A program made the translations under genes and the position numbers. Positions 1 through 9,043 of a DNA stretch of 64,000 nt are shown in pieces (position 1 is the stretch's first letter; every line of letters begins with the position of its first letter). The notes under the pieces were generated by a model, which was not told where the DNA came from, made no database searches, and saw only the letters and a program-made list of their open reading frames with translations. The DNA comes from Phaeosaccion multiseriatum. Its lineage: Eukaryota; Protista; Ochrophyta, other classes. The stretch is taken from contig OZ218960.1 in the NCBI GenBank assembly GCA_965112735.1, forward strand, positions 496,001 to 560,000. The letters are read 5' to 3'.

Positions 1-697
1 TCAGCGCTCTAACCATATGCCTCTACGATTTTCCTCCGGAACGGCTCCCCACTGCCTTTTCCTGTAGTACAGGCTCCCCGGTACCTCGTCCAGCACGCTG
101 GGCGCCCCCTTCGTGCGGGAAAATCCGCTTGAAGATGACTTTTCACCCGCTGGCACTTTCTGGCCAGTACCCACGCTGTGCCTATTTTCTTTTTTGTAGC
201 TTCTCTGTCCCCCCCCCTTTCTCTTCGTCTGTCTTCTCTCCTACAGCCACCTCTTCTCCTTCCCATCCTCTATCTTCTCTCCTGCAGACTTCGAGTCTTT
301 CGCCTTCCCACCCATTTCCTCCACGCGGCAGCCGATTTCCTGCATGGATTACCTGCAGGCCCACAAGCTCAAGTCCGGAGACGCATCGCAGCCAGCCAGA
401 CCGTTATCTGGAGACGCATCGCATCGCAGCCAGACTAACCTCCTCCCCCCCCCCCCCTTGCTCCTTCCACATCCTGCACTCGCCATTTGTGAGTCCCTCC
501 TACTTTTGCTCCTCCTGCGCGCCTCCCCTCCCCCTTTCACCTTCCTATCCTCCACTCTCCCTTCTCCCACTTCTTGCCAACTCCAACCCTCTTCTCTCCT
601 CCTCCTCCCTGCCGAGGGCGCAGCCCGAAGCAACACCTTGTAAGGGTGTAATATAAAAACAACGTACTACATACACCAAGTAGGACCAGTGTTTGTG

Positions 698-3600
698 ATG
701 TCTAACGTTCTAGAGGGACAGCGTAGAATGCTCACGGCCTTCTTCCACGCCACGGGAGGACCCGACTGGTCTAACATCGCAGGATGGAACACGAAAGCAC
801 CAGTAGAAAACTGGGCCGGAGTGACGGTAGAGAATGACTATGTTGTGAAGCTCAATCTGTGGGCGAACCGCCTCAAAGGTGAGAGAGACGTGATTATGGT
901 TGTTCCGCCTGAGGTCCTGAAGAGTATTCTGAAGTATTTCCAGAATGTTCGGAAGTTTTCTCTCTGTTCATGCATCTAGATGTGTTGGGTCTAGAATATT
1001 CGGGAAGGACAATCAAAGCGGGACAAGAGAAGGCACGAGGCGCGGCATGGTGTGGTAGTTCAGCGACCCGTTCGCGTCCCTTTCACTTGATATTAGTGTG
1101 ACCAAAGAACTTTCCTTGCTCCGCAGGGACCATTCCGTTGGAGTTGGGGAAGCTGACAGAGCTTCGAGAACTCCACCTGTCAAAGAACAATCTAGAAGGT
1201 AGGTGGTACGCGTACCTGTTCGCGTCCCATTCACTTGATATTAGTGTGACTCAAGAACTTTCCTCCGCTCCGCAGGGAGCATTCCGAAGGAGTTGGGGAA
1301 GCTTTCAAACCTTCGAGAACTTAAACTGTCATGGAACTCTCTAGAAGGTGAGTGGTACGCGAACCCGTTCGCGTCCCTTTCACTTGATGTAAGTATGGCT
1401 GAAGAACTTTCCTCCGCTCCGCAGGGAACATTCCGCCCGAGCTTGGAAGTCTTGAGAACCTGGCGGTGCTCAACCTGCGGGCCAACGAGCTCACTGGTAA
1501 GTGGTACGCACACCCGTTCGCGTCCCTTTGACTTGATATTAGTGTGACCAAAGAACTTTCCCCCGCTCCATAGGGAGCATTCCAGCTGAGCTTGGAGGTC
1601 TGGAGAAGCTTGAGAAGTTGGGCCTCGCCGACAACAAGCTCACTGGTGAGTGGTACGCACACCCGTCGGCGTCCCTTTCACTTGATTTGAGTATGACCAA
1701 AGAACTGTCCTCCGCTTCGCAGGGAACATTCCACCCGAGCTTAGACGTCTGGGAAATCTTACGGTTTTAAGCCTCTTCTCCAACAAGATCACTGGTGAGT
1801 GGTACGCACACCCGTTCGCGTCCTCTTGACTTGATATTTGTATGACTGAAGAACTATCCTCACATCTCAGGGAGGATTCCGCCGCAATTTGGACAGCTTT
1901 CCAACCTTCGAGAACTTTGGCTCTCCGGGAACCGTCTAGAAGGTGAGTGGTACGCACACCCGTTCGCGTCCCTTTCACCTGATGTTAGTGTGACCAAAGA
2001 TCTTTCCTCCCATCCGCAGGGGACATTCCACCCGAGCTTGGAGGGCTTCAGAACCTTGAGAATCTACACCTCCACAGCAACAAGCTCACTGGTAAGTGGT
2101 ACGCACACCCGTTCGCGTCCCTTTGACTTGATATGAGTATGACCAAAGAACTCCCCTCCGCTCCGCAGAGGGCATTCCAAAGGAGCTTGGAAGTCTGACG
2201 AAGCTTGAGCAATTGTCCCTCTTCCGCAACCAGCTCTCCGGTGAGTGGTACGCACACCCGTTCGCGTCCCTTTGACTTCACTTGATTAGTAGGGTTGAAG
2301 AATTTTCCCCACATCTCAGGGAGCATTCCAGAGGAGCTTGGACAGCTTACGAACCTTCGAGGACTTCGGCTCAACGAGAACAATCTAGATGGTGAGTGGT
2401 ACGCACACCCGTTCGCGTCCCTTTCACTTGATATGAGTATGACCAAAGAACTCTTTTCTCCCACTGCAGGGAGCATTCCACCCGAACTTGGAGGTCTGGA
2501 GAAGCTTGAGGAATGGAACCTCTGCGAGAACAAGCTCAGTGGTAGGTGGTACGCGTACCCGTTCGCGTCCCTTTCACTTGATGTTAGTGTGACCAAAGAA
2601 CTTTCCTTCGCTCCGCAGGGAGCATTCCACCCGAGCTTGGAAGTCTGGAGAAGCTTGAGAAATTGCACCTCTCCCGAAACAAGCTCACTGGTGAGTGGTA
2701 CGCACACCCGTTCGCGTCCCTTTGACTTGATATCAGTATGGCTGAAGAACTTTCCCCGCATCTCAGGGAACATTCCGCCAGAACTAGGACACCTTTCGAA
2801 CCTTCGAGAACTTCAGCTCTACCAGAACAGTCTAGAAGGTAGGTGGTACGCACACCCGTCGGCGTCCCTTTCACTTGATTTGAGTATGACCAAAGAACTT
2901 TCCTTCGCTCCGCAGGGAGCATTCCACCCGAGCTTGGAAGTCTTCGGAACCTGAGGGTGCTCAGCCTCTGGGACAACAAGCTCACTGGTAAGTGGTACGC
3001 ATACCCGTTCGCGTCCCTTTCACTTGATATATGTATGGCTGAAGAACGTTCCCCACATCTCAGGGAATATTCCACCGCAACTAGGACAGCTTTCGAACCT
3101 TCGAGAACTTTGGCTCAACTGGAACAGTCTAGAAGGTAAGTGGTACGCACACCCGTTCGCGTCCCTTTCGCTTGATAGTCGTGTGACAAGAACGTACCTC
3201 CGCTCTGTAGGGAGTATTCCCTTTCACTTGATTGAGTATGACCAAAGAACTCTCCTCCATCTACAGGGAGCATTCCACCCGAGCTTGGACGTCTCGTCAA
3301 GCTCACCCATCTGTTCCTCCATGAAAACCAGCTCTCCGGTGAGTGGTACGCACACCCGTTCGCGTCCCTTTCACTTGATATCAGTGTGACCAAAGAACTT
3401 CCCACCCATCCGCAGGGAGCATTCCAAGAGAGCTTGGACGTCTTCAGAACCTTAAGCGACTGAACCTCAGCAAAAATAACCTCACTGGTGAGTGGTACGC
3501 ACACCCGTTCGCGTCCCTTTGACTTGATGTAAGTATGACCAAAGAACTTTCCTCCGCTCCGCAGGGGAAATTCCGCCCGAGCTTGGAGCTCTGCAGAACC

Positions 3601-6600
3601 TTCAGGATCTGTACCTCTCCAACAATGAGCTCACTGGTGAGTGGTACGCACACCCGTTCGCGTCCCTTTGACTTGATGTTAGTGTGACCAAAGAACTTTC
3701 CTCCGCTCCACAGGGAACATTCCCAAGGAGTTGGGGAAGCTGGCAGAGCTTCGAGGACTTTGGCTCCAAGATAACAATCTAGAAGGTAGGTGGTACGCGA
3801 ACCCCCGCCGCAGCCGCAGCAGTTGGTTGACCCGTTCGCGTCCCTTTCACTTTCTGTTAGTGTGGCCAAAGAACTTTCCTCCACTTCGCAGGGAACACTC
3901 CGCCAGAGCTGGGGCAGCTGATCAACTCAAAGAACTTTCCCCCGCTGCGCAGGCAACACTCCCAAAGAGCTCGGACGTCTCAGCCAGCTGACCGAATTTT
4001 GCCTTCACAGCAACCGGCCTGGTAAGTGGAGCGCATACCCGCTCTTGTCCGCCTCCTTTGGGCTCGTATGTGTATACTGACGCGGGCTCCATTACTGTTT
4101 GAATACGGCAGAGGACGGCACAGCCATGAAGACCTTACGAGAGAGATGGCTTAGTCATGCTGCCCTCGCATCTGCTCCTACTGCGGGCAATTTGACAAGT
4201 GATTCTTCGAGGCAAATTGACGCATTGGACTACAAAACGTATGCAGAGGCGATTTTGTACGGCATTAACCAAGTAGAGGCTCCGATTGCAGTGGGGATTT
4301 ACGGAGAGTGGGGTTGCGGGAAGTCCTTTTTGCTACATGCCATTCGCGAGCAGATATTGCAGCAGCAGAACAAGACGAAGGTTGAGGCAGGAGGGAGTGA
4401 CAAGGGTGCGCAACTACTTGCGCGACGCCTTAAGGGTGCGCGACGCCTCATTGCTTGGCTCGGTCAGTGGTATATGTGGCTGGTGATGGTCTGGTGCTTC
4501 GTGGGGTGGGGGGGCATCAGTGATACAGCCCCATACGGCCACTTCCGCAATGTGCCAGGGATAGTGGACGGAGCCGCTACACAGAGACCGGTCAAGTACA
4601 TCAACGTCGAGTTCAACGCATGTACGTTTACGATTGGCTGTGGGCGATGACTCACTCTCTCCTCCGATGCAATGCCTCCTCTTCTATTCGGCTGTGGCCC
4701 TGATCAGCATCGCGCCCCACCCCGTCTTCCTCCTGTCGTGCTCGCTGACGCTCAGGGCTGTATGCCGGCAGCGATAAGCTCTGGGCAGGCGTGATTCAAG
4801 CAATGTTTAAGGCCGTGGAGGAGCACTCTGACTACGGTGACGAGCTTCGGCTGAGCAGGCTTATCGAGGCGGTGAAGGAGCAGGGCTGGAGGAACTTCGC
4901 TTTCCCGCTGGGCGTGCTCGTAGTGGTAGTGCTGAGCGTACTGACTAGCCTTTCAAAGCTCGATTGGGTAGTGTCGCAACTGAGCGCGGTGTCCGCGGCA
5001 GTGCCTACCCTGCTCGGACTCGTCGGACTGACAGGCGTAGCGCTTCAGACAGGTAAAGTGATTTGTGTTTTATGCGCAAGTCTGAGCGTGTGGTCTCTCT
5101 CTCTACTCTCTCTTAGCTGCCGCCGCTCCCTATTCTCGTTTGCTATGCAGGCGTCTTAGTGTATAGAAATGCCCGGAAGCAAGGCGATATCATCGTTAAA
5201 GAGGCTCAAGACCTTGGAATGGGTGAACAACTCGGTGAGGCAGTATGCTTTGACCTCCGTAAGATTTTTAGCATCAGAGAGGTGCCTCTAACGTCCTTCG
5301 CTCCTGTGTTGTATGTGTCCAGGCTTCATGGCAAGTGTTAGCGATAGGCTTGAATTCCTGTATAAATTCCTAAAGGCCAGTGGCATCAGGCTCTCCGTGG
5401 AGGTGGATGATCTCGACAGGTCAGGAGTCAAGATGGTGTGTTTTTTTCAAGATGTGTGTTTTTATCTCGTGACATGCGTGGGACTTTGGCTTTAAATGTC
5501 CTTCCCCTCTCTGTTGTGCGCTGACTGTTTCAGGTGTGGTGCAAGTCAGGTGATGGCCGTGCTAGAAGCCACTATGCTCCTCCTCTGCAAACACGATGCT
5601 CCCGTGGTTGCCTTCCTCGCGGTCGACCCTCGTGTTGTGGTGACCTCCATCGAGGAGAGTTTTGGCCCTGTCATGCGTGAGGCGGGCATCAGCGGGTCCG
5701 AATACTTGGACAAGATCATCAACTTGCCCTTTTTTCTCCCCGAGGTAGATAAAGAGGCCCAGCGTCTCTTCATGACTGGCCTGCTTTGTGGAAACAATGA
5801 CGACTCAGTCAGGGAGAATCTCAGTGTGCTGGAGTCGTCTGTTTTGAACAGGGAAGGCTACGCATGGGCGAAGTCAAAGGCACCTAAGGAGAGCAGAGAT
5901 GCATCCAAACCGAGGCCGGTGGCTTCCACAGCGTTGAAGCGCGCTCTGTGCAGCTGGGACAAGTGGGATGTCGATGACGTGGAAAGTGGAGGGCCGGGCG
6001 GTGAGGAGGAGGAATGCTGGACAGAATTTGATCGCCTCTTGCCGGCGGTGAACGACGTCACCCCTACTGCAAGCAGTGCTGGCTTGGCTGCCAGAGTGGG
6101 AAAGGACGGACTTGCAGACGTGTGTGTATTTATGAACTGCATGATCATGGCGGGCTTGAAAGCCTGCTCCAAGCCCCAGGAGGCAAAAGGGACAGGAGAA
6201 GAGGCAGCAGACACAGGCGGAGGGGTGGGGTTTGAAGCAACTTCCGGGGGGGGAAGCAGCAACGGCGTGTCGTCAAACGCCGGCAACGACAGCGCGCTGC
6301 CTTCGCCCCATAGGCCCTCCAGCGGCAACGCTGAGGGGGGCGCGGTAAACGAGGGCAACGGCAGCGCGCCGTCTCCACCCGCCGTTAACGGCGACGCTGA
6401 GGGGGGCGCCCCACCGCCGAAGAGAGTGGTTGTAGGAGGAGTTGGAGTGCTGCGGTGCCAATGGGATGAGCTGGAAACCTTCAAGTCCCTCGAGCACTGC
6501 CTGGACAACAACCCGCGGAGGCTTAAACGCATCATCAACATCTTCAACGTGTTGCGAAGGTTGCTTCAGGCCAGGGGCGAGGAGGAATGGCACACCAACC

Positions 6601-7316
6601 CAGTTTTCCGGAAGAAGTTCATTAAATGGGTCATCCTCTGTGAGCAATGGCCGTACCGAACATCTGTGATAGTGACGCTGTTGGATCATCGCATCTTTGA
6701 GGGTGGCTCAGTAAAGCAGCGTAAGCAGAGCGCATGGCTGAAGCCACTCGTGGCTATGGAAGATGACATGAAGGACAACTTCGAGGTGGTGGAGCAGCTC
6801 GCGCACCTCCACCCCAAAGCCGGCAAGCTGCTGCAGATGGACATGGACCCAGAGCGTTTCTGGATGCTCATGCACACCGTGCCCCATCTGACGACCTCCG
6901 ACCTGAAGAGGGGCAGCCCCCTCTTGAGGAACAGTTTCAACCTGAGTCGGTCTGTGCGTGCGCAGGTGGCGACCGGATTCAACGAGCACTTCGTCTTCTC
7001 CGCCGTACAGCATCCGGAGTGCTTGAGAAAGTATGCAGGTGTCGGCCTTCTGAGCTTCCCCAAGGCGAGCGTGGTACAAGATCTTTTGACTTTTGATCAC
7101 CCTGTGTCCTCAGCGGGGGGGGGAGGAGGAACAAGAAGAGGGGGGGAAGGAGGAGAGGAGGATGGGGTTGAGGAGAAGAAACACTCAGAACCTCCCGCGA
7201 AGGAGGAGGATGGGGAGGAGAAGGAGGAACAAGAAGAGGAGGAGGAGGATAACGCCCCACTCAACTGGAGCTTTTTGGTAGAGCATCGAGACTTGATCCC
7301 TCCCTCCATCGTATAG
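698..7316 (+). CDS. LRR-cassette / KAP-family P-loop NTPase (LRRNT cap + ~19 LRR + TM-containing KAP NTPase), multi-exon
   Basis: Exon 1 698-878 encodes an LRRNT cap (LTAFFHATGGPDW..GW..W.GVTV..VVKLNL..NRLKG). 72-nt exons start at 1127,1276,1425,1574,1723,1871,2020,2169,2320,2470,2619,2767,2916,3064,3267,3416,3565,3714, followed by a 69-nt exon 3953-4021, then 4112-4621, 4756-5052, 5151-5234, 5323-5419 and 5534-7316. All are GT-AG and frame-consistent. KAP motifs: SD..DALDYKTYA, Walker A GIYGEWGCGKS, spliced FNAWLY, Walker B spliced DDLDRC, EYLDKII.LPF, NPRRLKRIIN, WVILCEQWPYRTS. Confidence 0.9.
1066..4040 (+). repeat. ~149-bp tandem array: conserved intron + variable 72-nt LRR exon (~21 units including 2 truncated)
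   Basis: Recurrent intron consensus GTRRGTGGTACGCACACCCGTTCGCGTCCCTTTSACTTGAT..AGTRTGACCAAAGAACTTTCCTCCGCTCCGCAG. Exons follow GxIPxELGxLxxLxxLxLxxNxLxG. Confidence 0.95.
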
Positions 7317-7367
7317 ATTGGTTGAGCCGCGCACTGATTATACATTAGACAGTAGAGTTCAGTTTAT

Positions 7368-7456
7368 GGAGTCGCCAAAGGAGTCGCCAATGGAGAGTCG
7401 CGAAAGGAATCGCGAATGAAGTCGCCAATGGAATCGCGAATGTGGTCGCCAAAGGA
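7368..7456. repeat. ~12-bp degenerate tandem repeat (GGAGTCGCCAAW), ~7 copies
   Basis: Directly visible just downstream of the LRR-KAP stop codon. Confidence 0.8.
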
Positions 7457-8204
7457 GGTCACTGTTCGCTGTTGGTGCATGTGTACCCCACGAGCCACAT
7501 AGCAGCTCACGGTTTTGTCATTCTATGAAACTGTCATAATGCTTTTGTCATTCTATGAAAATGTCATAGAAGATTGCGACCCTAAGCGACCGGGCTGCCC
7601 CACAGGAGCCCGTTCTCACCATATCTGCCTGGGCCTGGGCCATTGACATATGGACCATCTAATCTGAGGCCTTCCAACAGCATCGCCCGCCTCTTCTATC
7701 TCCTGCCGCTGTCCGGCCCTACCCAGTCTTCTTGTGGAAGACCGGGCCTTCGCCCTCCTCTCCCTCCTCCGCCCAAAGCATAGACTTGTCGGCCCGTTCG
7801 ACGCATTCTGCTTCTTCCGCTTCTTCGCCGCACCCTCACTTCGCTCCTCTTCTCCTTCCCCCCTGCGCCCTTCCCCTCCGTCCCAGCTTCCAATGGATGG
7901 ATGCGTATGCCAGGTGGGTCAAGCGGAAAAGCAACCTCGTTCACGTAGAAGAGGGCAAGTGACATGTGTCAACATGCTCTATTTCTTATAGTAACACCTA
8001 CACCTTCGCGTCTAATACCATAGCACAAGTCTCGTCTATGTGTGCGATAAAGCAGTAGGAAATGTAGAAGGCGCTAATGTCACCTTGTGCGACCACCACC
8101 ACTCTTACTGGTACCACGGTTGCTACTATCACTGCTGGCACATGTAGTACCTACATAGACCCCATCGCGTTGCTCGGCGGTGAGGGGCATACTCCACGTC
8201 CCCC

Positions 8205-8796
8205 TCAAGGCCCTCTTCCCGTACTCACCAGCCTTGAACTTCCTCTCCACTCTGTCGAACGTCTCCACGAGGGGGTGGTGCCACCATGTACAGAAGTTTT
8301 GATGTGCTGGGAGAAGTCCAGATCGCCGGTCCAATATGACTTGCTTCTCGTATACATGCGCCCCCACCACATGTCGTTGTCGGACTGACCCAAACTCGCG
8401 CCTACACCTCCATCATGGTGTGCGCCGACTTTCGCCAAGAACCCCCGCGGACAAGAGTCCCTCCATACCAGACCGCCCCCTTTCTCTCTGGCACGAGGAC
8501 TTACCAATAGGGTCAATGGAAAACATGAGATCATAGACGGACTGTGACGAGAAAACCTCTGCCCGAAGTCTGCGGAGCCTCGACAAAAGAATATTGGTAT
8601 CGTCGCCAGATAGCAGAGCGTGTCTCGCATCCCCAAGATCAAGCCCCCGATGACACGCCCATTAGTCTTCACGTCAGCGATAAACTTGTCCATAGACGCT
8701 CCATTGAGTAGAAGAACCTTGGTGACATCAACGTCTTCATTCCTTATGGCGAAGGTGAGCGGTGTGCAGGTGTTGGTGCCCCCTGGCCCTGGACAC
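8205..8796 (-). pseudogene. 3' part of ankyrin-repeat gene disrupted by LTR retrotransposon (true 3' end uncertain)
   Basis: Removing the element plus one ACAC copy restores the frame FVDTPC-PGPGGTNTCTPLTFAIRNEDVDVTKVLLLNGA, which is an ankyrin repeat. Confidence 0.7.
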
Positions 8797-8972
8797 TGTG
8801 GAGTAGGCCACTCTTTCATGCCAAATCGGAAACCCGAGGCAATTGTTTAATATATTCTACTCTCGTTCTATCAATAAGGTTTTGACGTCTTATCTCTCCC
8901 ACCAAGGAGTGGGGAGTCCACAGACAAAGAGTGTGAGTTACAGTTAGTTAGCGCAAGTTCACCGACGCTACT
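8797..8972 (+). repeat. 5' LTR (176 bp)
   Basis: Starts TGTGGAG. Differs from the 3' LTR only at 8939 (T vs C at 14206) and at the last base. Confidence 0.95.
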
Positions 8973-9043
8973 ATAATCGATTATTACTCAGTATTGGTGA
9001 TACCAGAACTGAAGAAAGATTCAAGAAGACCGGAGAGGCCAGG

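Noticed and set aside
1066-4040. CRISPR-like repeat-spacer array
   Set aside because: The repeats are GT-AG introns and the spacers are homologous LRR exons. There are no cas genes and the DNA is eukaryotic.
5496-7316. 606-aa ORF as a stand-alone gene
   Set aside because: It is the last exon (from 5534) of the LRR-KAP gene. Walker A and B lie on upstream exons.
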